Below are positions 43,663-51,950 of a DNA stretch of 64,000 nucleotides, one piece after another (within the stretch, counting starts at the first letter, position 1; every line of letters begins with the position of its first letter). The notes beneath the pieces were generated by a model, which did no database searches, was not told where the DNA came from, and was given only the letters and a program-made list of their open reading frames with translations. Both the position numbers and the translations under genes were made by a program. Source of the DNA: Candidatus Kerfeldbacteria bacterium (lineage in GTDB: Bacteria; Patescibacteriota; Patescibacteriia; SBBC01); NCBI GenBank assembly GCA_016207275.1, contig JACQPY010000012.1, positions 1,706-65,705 on the forward strand, read 5' to 3'.

Positions 43663-45564
43663 ATGGCTGACATCAACCTATCCAAACTTAAAGCTGGTCA
43701 GACCCTGCCGACCAAGCAGGAAATCCAGCGTGAACGACCGCCGGCGCCGGTCAGCGCCGCCGAGCTGATCGAGGCCGAGCGGATCTACCGTCGCGGCGTC
43801 ATTTCAGTCCGTGACCTAATCGCCCCGGCGGCCCTGCGCGTCGATACCAACTTCATTCAGCTTGGCGCCAAGCACGTTCGGACCCTGTTTGTCGTGACCT
43901 ACCCGCGTTACATTGCGGTCGGCTGGTTTGCGCCGATCATCAACTTCAATTCGCCGCTTGACATCGGCATGTTCTTCTACCCGGTCGAGTCGAAAATCAT
44001 TTTGAAGCAGCTGAAGAACAAGGTTGGTGCGCTCGAGGCGCAAATCCTGTCCGACGCCGAGAAGGGCGCGCCGCGTGACCCGATCCGCGAGACGGCGCTG
44101 CGCGATATCGAGAAGCTGCGCGACGACCTGACCCAAGGCACCGAGCGGTTTTTCCAGTTCGCCCTCTACGTTACGCTCTACGCCAACTCGCGCGACGAGC
44201 TCGATCGCTTGACCGAAAAGATCGAGGGCTTGTTCGGCTCGCGGTTGGTCTACAGCAAGCGGGCGTTATTCCAGGCAGAGCAAGGATTTGTCTCGACCGT
44301 GCCGCTCGGCCTTGACCAACTACTGGTCACCTTCAACATGAACTCCAGCCCGGTGGCCAGTTCGTTCCCCTTCATCTCCAGCGACTTGACCAGCGACAAC
44401 GGCATTCTCTACGGCATTAACCGACACAACAACTCGTTGATTCTGTTCGATCGGTTTAGCTTGCAGAACGCCAATTTTACGGTTTTTGCCACCTCGGGCG
44501 CCGGCAAGAGTTACGCGGTTAAGTTAGAAATTCTCCGTTCGATGATGTTCGGCACTGATATGATTGTCATCGATCCGGAGAACGAGTACAAGTATTTATC
44601 GGACGCGGTTGGCGGTACCTACGTCAGCATTTCGCTTAACTCCGATTCGAAAATCAACCCGTTTGACTTGCCGCGAGCCGTCCACGGCGATGAAAAGCCG
44701 GCCGACATCATCCGCTCCGCGGTCATTACCCTGAAATCGCTCATTCGCTTGATGCTGGGCGAGCTGACTAACGAAGAAGATTCGATCATTGATCGAGCGC
44801 TGTTAGAAACCTACGCCAAGAAAGACATCACCCCGGACAGTGACCTGGCGACGGTTGAACCGCCACTGATGAAGGACTTTGAAGAGGTCCTGGCCGGCAT
44901 GGTCGGGGCGGAAAATCTGGTCCAGCGGCTGAAGAAGTACACCGAAGGCACCTTTGCCGGCTTGTTCAACAGCCCAACCAACGTCGAGGTCAACAACCAG
45001 CTGATGGTTTTCTCGGTTCGGGATTTGGAAGACGAGCTGCGGTCGATCGGCATTTCGATGATTGTCAGCTACATTTGGAACGTCGCCCGCTCCAAGCTCA
45101 AGAAGCGCATTCTGACGATTGATGAGGCTTGGTGGCTGATGCAGAACGAAGATTCGGCCAAGTTCATCTACTCGCTGGTCAAGCGGGCCCGTAAGTACTA
45201 CCTCGGCGTGACCACCATCACCCAGGACGTCAATGATTTCCTCCGCTCGCCCTACGGTCAGGCGATCGTCAACAACTCGGCCTTGCAGCTGTTGATGAAG
45301 CAGTCGCCGGCCGGCATCGATATTGTGGCCAAAACCTTTTTGCTGACCCAGAGCGAGCGCTACCTCTTGCTCGAAGCTGGCGTCGGCGAGGGGATCTTCT
45401 TTGCCGGCGCCAAGCACGCCGCCATCAAGGTGGTGGCCAGTTACACCGAGGATCAAGTGATTACCTCCGACCCGCGGCAGCTGCTGGAGATCGAGGAAGC
45501 CAAGAAGGAGTTTGAAGAGTCGCTGGCCCGCGGTGAGGTTCCAACCACCGCCGATGTCCGCTGA
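43663..45564 (+). CDS. virB4: VirB4/TrbE/CagE-family T4SS ATPase (second piece; contains the ATPase domain)
   Basis: 633 aa. DLIAP...YIAVGWF, DIGMFFYP, Walker A FATSGAGKSYAV, IVIDPENEY, TQ sensor region. Confidence 0.85.
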   Translation: MADINLSKLKAGQTLPTKQEIQRERPPAPVSAAELIEAERIYRRGVISVRDLIAPAALRVDTNFIQLGAKHVRTLFVVTYPRYIAVGWFAPIINFNSPLDIGMFFYPVESKIILKQLKNKVGALEAQILSDAEKGAPRDPIRETALRDIEKLRDDLTQGTERFFQFALYVTLYANSRDELDRLTEKIEGLFGSRLVYSKRALFQAEQGFVSTVPLGLDQLLVTFNMNSSPVASSFPFISSDLTSDNGILYGINRHNNSLILFDRFSLQNANFTVFATSGAGKSYAVKLEILRSMMFGTDMIVIDPENEYKYLSDAVGGTYVSISLNSDSKINPFDLPRAVHGDEKPADIIRSAVITLKSLIRLMLGELTNEEDSIIDRALLETYAKKDITPDSDLATVEPPLMKDFEEVLAGMVGAENLVQRLKKYTEGTFAGLFNSPTNVEVNNQLMVFSVRDLEDELRSIGISMIVSYIWNVARSKLKKRILTIDEAWWLMQNEDSAKFIYSLVKRARKYYLGVTTITQDVNDFLRSPYGQAIVNNSALQLLMKQSPAGIDIVAKTFLLTQSERYLLLEAGVGEGIFFAGAKHAAIKVVASYTEDQVITSDPRQLLEIEEAKKEFEESLARGEVPTTADVR

Positions 45565-45640
45565 TCCCGTTAGAAAGCCTTTCGCTACAACGAGAAATAG
45601 TCGACTCTTATGAAACAACACAGGCTGACTTTCTAACGGG

Positions 45641-46183
45641 ATGATGCGACGCTGGCTGATTATCAGCGCGTTGTTGGCGGCGGCGGGAGCGGCGGCGCTG
45701 GTCGTCGTGCGACAGCCGAAGACCGGCCCGGCGACGAATACGGCGCCGATTTCTACGGTCAACCGAACAGTCATCCCTGAAAACACCAACGCCGAACCCG
45801 CGCCAACGACCGACCAACTTTTAGCCACGGCGCGAGTTTTTGCCGAGCGGTTCGGTTCGACCTCGAGCGACGCGCCGACCGCGCACCTCCAGGCTGTCCT
45901 ACCGTTTTGCAGCTCCGCTTTGACCCAGTCATTTCGCCGATTAATCAACCAGCCGACCAACTCGCCGGGCAACGCCACCCGTACGACCAGTCGTGCCTTG
46001 GCTTTCGCAACGCCGTCGGTCGATGAACGGCTTGGGTTAGCGGAGGTGGTAGTTACGCTTCAGCGGCAGGAGCAAATCGGGACTGAACCAGCGACGATTT
46101 ACAACCAAGAGCTGGCGCTCCAGTTCGTTCGCGAAAGCGGCGCCTGGAAAGTGAACGTCGCGACCTGGGGTAAGCAATCGTAA
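45641..46183 (+). CDS. Hypothetical secreted/membrane-anchored protein
   Basis: 180 aa. N-terminal hydrophobic segment LIISALLAAAGAAALVVV. Confidence 0.45.
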   Translation: MMRRWLIISALLAAAGAAALVVVRQPKTGPATNTAPISTVNRTVIPENTNAEPAPTTDQLLATARVFAERFGSTSSDAPTAHLQAVLPFCSSALTQSFRRLINQPTNSPGNATRTTSRALAFATPSVDERLGLAEVVVTLQRQEQIGTEPATIYNQELALQFVRESGAWKVNVATWGKQS

Positions 46184-46189
46184 CGTCGC

Positions 46190-46894
46190 ATGGCAGTCAA
46201 AGCCTCCAACCCGAAGCAAGCGATCAAGGAACAAGAACGTCGGTTCCGCGAAGAAACGCGGCGCCTGCGTCAGGAGCCAGCCACCGGCAGCGAGGGGTAC
46301 ACTAACGTCTACCTTAAAGAACCTGTCGAGCCCGAAGAGGAGCAGCCAGCCGATGATCAAGCTTCCGGCCAAGTTTCCACAGCTCGATTTCCTCGGCGGC
46401 AGTCGTTCCGGCCAGCCAGCGTTGAAGAAGAACCTTCGCCCACCCCCAAAACAAGCGGCCAGACCGGGCCAGGCCAAGGACCTGAGCCTGCACCCACCGC
46501 CGCTGAGCCGAGCGGACGGACTTCAACTGAGCAGCTGTCTCGCGGCGCCCAGTTTGCCGAGCGAACCAGGGCTTTGCAACAAGCGGCCGGCACGGCTCAG
46601 CAAGCGGCTCAGACTGAGCGTACGGTGGCAGCGACTGCCCGCGGAATAGCGGCGACTGCCCGGGGCGCCGCAGCGGTAGGACGGGGCATCGCCTTACTTT
46701 TCTCTCCACCAACCTGGCCGGTCTGGATCGGCGTGCTGATCGCCGCCAGCATCTTTTTCGTCGTCCTCTTGGTGCTGGCCGCGGCCTGCATTCCACTCGG
46801 CACCGGCGAAGGATTGACCGAAAAAGCTGCGCTGGGGAGCGCCATCCTGAGCCTGCGATTGGCGCTGGGAATTGATTGCGGCGGGTCGCCATGA
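46190..46894 (+). CDS. Hypothetical protein with a low-complexity N-terminal half and a C-terminal two-helix membrane anchor
   Basis: 234 aa. WPVWIGVLIAASIFFVVLLVLAAACIPLG. Possibly pilin-like. Confidence 0.4.
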   Translation: MAVKASNPKQAIKEQERRFREETRRLRQEPATGSEGYTNVYLKEPVEPEEEQPADDQASGQVSTARFPRRQSFRPASVEEEPSPTPKTSGQTGPGQGPEPAPTAAEPSGRTSTEQLSRGAQFAERTRALQQAAGTAQQAAQTERTVAATARGIAATARGAAAVGRGIALLFSPPTWPVWIGVLIAASIFFVVLLVLAAACIPLGTGEGLTEKAALGSAILSLRLALGIDCGGSP

Positions 46895-48381
46895 AACGCA
46901 ACCGCGCGGTTAGCCTGATCCTCGCCGCGGTAGCGTGGTCAGCCTTGATCACAACGGTCAGCGCCCAGATCCGCCCGGCCGAACTTGATGCTGGCGACGG
47001 CGCCGGCACTACCGCCCCGCAGCTGGTTGACTTCGGCTCTTGCACGTACCAAACCGACGATGGCCGGGAGTCGTGCGTCAATAACGTGACCGCCACCGAT
47101 TGCGCCAAAAGAAAGGGAGGCCAGTTCGCCGCCCTGACCAGCTGCCGGCTGACCTTCACGCCGAACGTGCCGATTCCGGGATTGTTTGAGGGGACGCAGC
47201 GCGTTGATGAAACGCTGCTCGGTCGGTACATCAGCGGCTTCTACGTTTTCTTCGCCGGCGTGGCCGGGATTTTGGCGGTGGTGATGATGATGTGGGGCGG
47301 TTTCCACTACATTACGGCCGCCGGCAACCCGCAGCGGATGAACGAAGGCAAGAGCATCATTAGCGGCGCAATCATCGGACTGATCCTAGTGCTCATCTCG
47401 TACCTGTTGCTGAACGCCATTAATCCGCGGTTGATTCAGTTCCAGGTGCCGAGCTTACGGTACATTCCGCAAATTTTGGTGGCCGATCAGTACTGTGAAG
47501 CGCAGGGGCCGAAAGCCATTGCCGCCGCTCAGCAGGCCGGGGCCGAGTGCGGCGACTACGTTGATTACGAAGACAACGGCGTTCGACGGACGTGCATTTC
47601 CTTGTACATTCCCGGTCAGATAGCCTTACCCTGGGACCAGCAGCTGGCTTGCTTCCCACGGGTAGGAATTGACAAAGTCACCGACCCCAGCGGCAAAACC
47701 TCGACCAGTACGCACACCGTCTACGAACGGCGGAAAGCGGCGGGCAAAGACGGCGTTTGCGAAAACAATAACTACACCGCTGACGATCGGTGTGTTTATA
47801 CGCAGCGGATTCTCGGTTTGCAAACGTGGCTGGCCGGAGCGTGTAAAAAGGCGAAGTATGAAACCAAAATAACAGCTCCAAGTCAGGGAAAGGATATTTG
47901 TCACTACACCAAGTTTTTGTTTTGCCCGACCAGCGATTCGGAACAGGTGCGGTGTGATGCGGGGGTGCGCACACGCGAGACGGACTGCTGGAGTGGTGGG
48001 AAGCCTAGAGAGATGACTTCTGCTCCAACCGCCTTTTCCGGTTTGACCGCTGTTTGTCGAGATCCCAACGTCGGCACCCGGCCAATCGAATTAATCGACG
48101 GTATCTGTTGTCAGGCTAACCTAAAACGCGATATATTTTGTACGAGTCGAGAAGTTGAAGATACCGTTGAGTTGTCGACAGAAGAGTGTGCCGCTCTCAG
48201 TGCCGATGCGGGTACGCCGTTTGCCCAAGTGTGTTACACTGAACGCCTCGGTGACCGGGGAACGATTCGAAGGATCTGTGAGGACGTCGTTACCCGATGC
48301 GATTTACCGAAGAAATGCAAGGCGCGAATCGATTTCATTTTTGTCAACACCGACCCGCCGGGCTCCCCGCTGTTCAAATAA
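46876..48381 (+). CDS. Secreted Cys-rich protein containing a VirB2/TrbC-like (pilin-like) two-helix hydrophobic hairpin; paralog of the 49637 gene
   Basis: 501 aa. Signal peptide, then TFTPNVPIPGLFEG...FYVFFAGVAGILAVVMMMWGGFHYITAAGNPQRMNEGKSIISGAIIGLILVLISYLLLNAINP (about nt 47170-47430) is about 70% identical to the equivalent segment of the 49637 product. 14+ Cys in the C-terminal half. Confidence 0.5.
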   Translation: MRRVAMKRNRAVSLILAAVAWSALITTVSAQIRPAELDAGDGAGTTAPQLVDFGSCTYQTDDGRESCVNNVTATDCAKRKGGQFAALTSCRLTFTPNVPIPGLFEGTQRVDETLLGRYISGFYVFFAGVAGILAVVMMMWGGFHYITAAGNPQRMNEGKSIISGAIIGLILVLISYLLLNAINPRLIQFQVPSLRYIPQILVADQYCEAQGPKAIAAAQQAGAECGDYVDYEDNGVRRTCISLYIPGQIALPWDQQLACFPRVGIDKVTDPSGKTSTSTHTVYERRKAAGKDGVCENNNYTADDRCVYTQRILGLQTWLAGACKKAKYETKITAPSQGKDICHYTKFLFCPTSDSEQVRCDAGVRTRETDCWSGGKPREMTSAPTAFSGLTAVCRDPNVGTRPIELIDGICCQANLKRDIFCTSREVEDTVELSTEECAALSADAGTPFAQVCYTERLGDRGTIRRICEDVVTRCDLPKKCKARIDFIFVNTDPPGSPLFK

Positions 48382-48396
48382 TCCTGCCCCTTCACC

Positions 48397-49635
48397 ATGG
48401 CTATTAACTGGAAACGACTGCTGCTGGTGCTCGGGTTCCTCTTGGTTACCATTGGTATTGGCGTGACGATTTACTTCGTCTTCTTCCGCAATATCTTCGG
48501 TCCGCCGGCCGCTAACCAGAACATCAACGGCGTCATTTTCCCGCTGGCGAATGAAAACCGCAATGCCGGCGTGGGACCAGCTAACGTTAATGCCTTGCCA
48601 AACGTCAACGCGGCGGTCGGTCAACCGCGGCCAGTGGCTGACGGCGGGCCGACGCAGGTGGTGCCGATCGTCAGCACGCTGCCGGGCGGGGCGACGCTGG
48701 CCAACAACGGCCGTGATCTACTCTACTACGATCCGCGGACCGGCAAGTTCTACCAAATTTCTCCCGACGGCCGGACCCGGACCGAGCTGACGCCGGACCG
48801 CTATCCGGCGGCCGACAAGGTGACCTGGGCGCCGCTTCGTGACAAGGCGGCGATCGAGTTTCCCGACGGCAGCAAGTTCATCTACGACTTTCGACAGCAG
48901 AAGCAGTATACCCTGGCCCCGGAAATGGAAGAAATCACTTTCTCGCCGACCGGCGACAAGATTTCGTTCAAGTTCATTGGCGACGACCCGGCTGACCGGT
49001 TGTTGGTGACGGCAAATTTCGACGGCACCGGCGCGACCACCATTGAGCCGCTGGCCGACAAAGCTGACCAGTTTGACGTTAACTGGTCACCGCTCGGCAA
49101 CGTCGTCGCTACCTTCCGCGAATCGATCGATGCCGATCGGCAGCGGGTCATCCCGATTGGGTTATTGGGGGAAAATTTTTCCTCCTTTAACGTCCCTGGT
49201 CGCGGTTTCCAACACATCTGGTCGACCGACGGCAGTAACATTTTGTTCAGCGTCTTCCGCAAAGACACCGGCTACAATCCAAACTTGTACATTGCCAGCG
49301 GGCGGACCGAATCGCTCGGCAACAACATGATTAACCTGGACTTGCAAACGTGGCCGGACAAGTGCGTCTTCGGGTCGGCGGCCGCCTTGTTCTGCGCCGT
49401 GCCGCAGTACTTGGAACAGGGAACCGGCTTGTTCCCGAACCTGGCCAGCGAAGTGCCGGACGACTTCTACCGAATCGACTTGGCCACTGGTCAGAAGCAG
49501 CTGATCGCCCGGCCGGTCAATGCCGACGGCGAGTCGTCTTACACCGCCTCGCAGCTGATACTGTCAGCCGATGAGACCGTGCTGTACTTCTTTGACCAGC
49601 GGACCAATCAGGTCCAGAAAATTCAGTTGAAGTAG
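48397..49635 (+). CDS. Membrane-anchored beta-propeller (TolB/PD40-like) protein
   Basis: 412 aa. N-terminal TM LLLVLGFLLVTIGIGVTIYFVFF. Repeated hydrophobic/Gly/Asp beta-strand patterns. Confidence 0.45.
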   Translation: MAINWKRLLLVLGFLLVTIGIGVTIYFVFFRNIFGPPAANQNINGVIFPLANENRNAGVGPANVNALPNVNAAVGQPRPVADGGPTQVVPIVSTLPGGATLANNGRDLLYYDPRTGKFYQISPDGRTRTELTPDRYPAADKVTWAPLRDKAAIEFPDGSKFIYDFRQQKQYTLAPEMEEITFSPTGDKISFKFIGDDPADRLLVTANFDGTGATTIEPLADKADQFDVNWSPLGNVVATFRESIDADRQRVIPIGLLGENFSSFNVPGRGFQHIWSTDGSNILFSVFRKDTGYNPNLYIASGRTESLGNNMINLDLQTWPDKCVFGSAAALFCAVPQYLEQGTGLFPNLASEVPDDFYRIDLATGQKQLIARPVNADGESSYTASQLILSADETVLYFFDQRTNQVQKIQLK

Positions 49636-49636
49636 C

Positions 49637-51169
49637 ATGCGACGCTGGTGGGTGGTGTTAAGCTTGACAGTAGGGCTGACGATTGCGGTCGGCGCGTCGG
49701 CTCAGAGTACTGGCTGCTGCGTTACGTCAAGCCAAACGTGTGTCCCAAACCTAACCCAGTTGGCCTGCGATCAAACCTACCCGGGCGGCAGCGCCGGCGG
49801 CAACTTTTACGCAGTCGCCAGCTGCAACGACGTGCCTTTTTGCGCCACGCTGGGCAAGTGCGAACGGACCAGCCCGGCTGACTGCAAGAACCTGAAGCGC
49901 TGGGAGTGCGACCAGTTGAGCGGCCAGGGCTACAATTTTTTTGCGAACCAGGTTTGCGGCGGCGGCGTGGCCACGGGACGTTGCTGCGCCGAGGACAAAT
50001 CAGCGCGTAACCCGTCGTGTCGCGAAGACCTTGATCGTAATAGTTGCCAGTTGATTGGCTGGGAGTACTACACCACCGCCTGCAGCGCTGTCGCTCACTG
50101 TCCGCAAGCGCGGTCCGGAACGCCGTTCGGCAAAGTCATCGGTTCCTGTACCTTGCCTGACGGCACGTGCACGAATAGCTTGAGCCTCGAAGACTGTACT
50201 AAGCGGCAAGGCAAGTTTGCAAAGGATCAGGTATGCCCGTTATTTTTCACGCCCAACGTCCCAATTCCGGGGCTGTTCGAAGGCGAGCAGCAGGTCAGCG
50301 GCACGTTATTTTCCCGCTACCTCGGCGCTTTTTTCGTCTACTTCATCGGCGTGGTCGGTATCTTGGCCGTGGTCATGATGATGTGGGGCGGGTACCACTA
50401 CATCGTGTCAGCCGGAAATCCGCAGAAGATGAACCAGGGCAAGGAAATCATCAGCGGGGCGATCATTGGCTTGGTACTGGCCCTAACCTCATTCTTACTG
50501 TTGCAGACGATTAACCCGGCCTTGGTCAACTTTCGCGGGATTCTACCGATCTACATCGGCCAGATTTTAGTCAGGGAAGAGCGCGAGGCCACGCCGCTGA
50601 AGAAAGACGTGGCGACCAAAGCGGACGTGAGCACCTCGACGCTCAAATCGATATTGTCGCTGGTCAAGCAAAATAGCTACGATCGGATGGTTCTATCTGA
50701 AGCGAACAACGATAAGGAGGTTGCCTATCGGGCCCTGTCCATCCTCTTCATTGAGTCGTCAGGCGTTGCTAACGCAAAATCAATCGCCAACGCTTACGGA
50801 CTGATGCAGTTGCTTCCGGCGACAGCGGAAACCTGCGGCGTCGCTGTCAACGATCTGTTCGATCCAGCCAAGAACATCAAGGCCGGCGTTTGTTACCTCA
50901 AGAGTCTCTTGAGCAATCCTTGCCCGACGCCGGAACAGATGAAAAAAAGAAATGTCGTGTGCCGAGTTGGTGAGGTTTGCAAAAAAAGCGAGATCAAGTT
51001 TGTCTACGCTGCCTACAACGGCGGATCAGCCGCAAACTTCTGTTCCAGCACTTGTCTCGGCCAAACCTGGTGGCAGTGCACGGAAAACCCTGGATATGAG
51101 GAAACGAGAGTCTACGCTCAAAAGGCTCAGCTGGTGTATGACTGGCTGTGGGAGCAGAAGGTGTACTAG
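49637..51169 (+). CDS. Tripartite protein: Cys-rich secreted N-domain, pilin-like hydrophobic hairpin, then a C-terminal lytic transglycosylase (SLT/VirB1-like) domain
   Basis: 510 aa. Signal peptide. Pilin-like block FFTPNVPIPGLFEGEQQV...MMMWGGYHYIVSAGNPQKMNQGKEIISGAIIGLVLALTSFLLLQTINP. SLT motifs ESSGVANAKS...AYGLMQLLPATAETCGV...AAYNGG. Confidence 0.6.
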   Translation: MRRWWVVLSLTVGLTIAVGASAQSTGCCVTSSQTCVPNLTQLACDQTYPGGSAGGNFYAVASCNDVPFCATLGKCERTSPADCKNLKRWECDQLSGQGYNFFANQVCGGGVATGRCCAEDKSARNPSCREDLDRNSCQLIGWEYYTTACSAVAHCPQARSGTPFGKVIGSCTLPDGTCTNSLSLEDCTKRQGKFAKDQVCPLFFTPNVPIPGLFEGEQQVSGTLFSRYLGAFFVYFIGVVGILAVVMMMWGGYHYIVSAGNPQKMNQGKEIISGAIIGLVLALTSFLLLQTINPALVNFRGILPIYIGQILVREEREATPLKKDVATKADVSTSTLKSILSLVKQNSYDRMVLSEANNDKEVAYRALSILFIESSGVANAKSIANAYGLMQLLPATAETCGVAVNDLFDPAKNIKAGVCYLKSLLSNPCPTPEQMKKRNVVCRVGEVCKKSEIKFVYAAYNGGSAANFCSSTCLGQTWWQCTENPGYEETRVYAQKAQLVYDWLWEQKVY

Positions 51170-51171
51170 GA

Positions 51172-51262
51172 GGTTAGGTCTTAGGAAATTAGGAAGTTAG
51201 GTTTTAGGGGATTAGGGAATTAGGGGTTAGGAAATTAGGCAGTTAGGAAGTTAGGTTGTTAG
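51172..51262. repeat. Tandem array of about 13 TTAGG units separated by 1-3 purine-rich nt (degenerate telomere-like (TTAGG)n)
   Basis: ggTTAGGtcTTAGGaaaTTAGGaagTTAGGttTTAGGGgaTTAGGGaaTTAGGGgTTAGGaaaTTAGGcagTTAGGaagTTAGG, read directly. Confidence 0.75.
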
Positions 51263-51265
51263 CAA

Positions 51266-51310
51266 TAAAAAGAAAGCCCGTGAGCACGGAGTTGAACCAT
51301 GCGCACGGGC
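51266..51310 (-). terminator. Hairpin (GCCCGTG-21 nt-CACGGGC) followed on the minus strand by TTTCTTTTT; candidate terminator of the minus-strand zinc-ribbon gene
   Basis: Read directly. The loop is large, so stability is moderate. Confidence 0.45.
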
Positions 51311-51369
51311 GGATCTTCGGCTACCAACCTCCTTGTGGTGGGGGAATTACGTTCACCGAAGCGAACGTA

Positions 51370-51636
51370 CTAGCTGGTCGTCCCGTACTGCCGGGCGAGG
51401 ACGCCATCGATGACGCCATCGCAGGGCTTGCAGAACGGCCCGGTCTCGCCCGAAGCCAAAGGCTCCAGGCACCGCGAGCACAGCTGCTTGGGGCCATCCG
51501 AGATGGTCAGGAACCCTCCCTTGCCGAGCACCAGGACCTTATCGTCCACGTGTACGGCTCGTCTGATCGGGTCGCTCTGAACCTCGGTGAGAGGCAGTGT
51601 GCGCATGATCGCGGGACCAGCAGGTGGTGCTTCCAT
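51370..51636 (-). CDS. Small zinc-ribbon domain protein (C-x2-C-x12-FC-x2-C)
   Basis: 88 aa. AAGGAAG SD 5 nt upstream of the ATG on the minus strand. LCSRCLEPLASGETGPFCKPCDG resembles zinc_ribbon_2-type motifs. The overlapping + strand ORF has poor composition. Confidence 0.55.
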   Translation of the reverse strand: MEAPPAGPAIMRTLPLTEVQSDPIRRAVHVDDKVLVLGKGGFLTISDGPKQLCSRCLEPLASGETGPFCKPCDGVIDGVLARQYGTTS

Positions 51637-51945
51637 GTTAAACTTCCTTGTTTTTGACCCCCTCAGTAAGGGTCAGGTGTACATCACAAACAACAAGGGG
51701 AAAGATGGCTAGATGCCGCTCAGGCGGCGTCGGTACTCAATAGGAAATCCTCCATGGGTTGAAGGCAGCTTCGAAGTGGAAAGGTCAAGGGAGGGGGCGG
51801 CCGCAGACTGGTGGGCTACAACCCGTACGAACATGCTGATGGTAGCAGTCTCCAGCATGCCGATGCGAGCCTGATGGGATGTTGTCCCAACTGAGTTTTC
51901 AGGCCTCTGGGCCAAACCCCCTCCACGTTGAGACGAGCGAATAGT
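51637..51945 (-). ncRNA. About 300-nt 5' leader or structured RNA element between a consensus promoter and the zinc-ribbon gene (possible riboswitch or cis-regulatory RNA; unclassified)
   Basis: Long-range complementarity (GGAGGGGGTTTGGCC ... GGCCGCCCCCTCC) closes a domain containing internal hairpins (GGCATGCTGGAGACTGCTACCATCAGCATG). No ORF. Confidence 0.3.
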
Positions 51946-51950
51946 TAAAG

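Noticed and set aside
44803-45978. 391-aa minus-strand ORF
   Set aside because: Antisense to the clearly supported VirB4 ATPase gene (Walker A/B present on the + strand). Composition-driven spurious frame.
46314-47231. 305-aa minus-strand ORF overlapping two + strand genes
   Set aside because: Arg/Pro/Ala-rich low-complexity translation, antisense to genes with secretion-system-like features. Likely a GC artefact.
51172-51262. Possible CRISPR array, or a true telomere
   Set aside because: Unit length is about 7-8 nt with no unique spacers, so it is not CRISPR. It is a single short internal tract flanked by ordinary genes, not a chromosome end, so it is a simple tandem repeat.
51256-51657. 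133-aa + strand ORF
   Set aside because: It overlaps a better minus-strand gene. The minus gene has a strong SD (AAGGAAG), a zinc-ribbon motif, an upstream consensus promoter and a downstream terminator. The + frame translation is unprotein-like.
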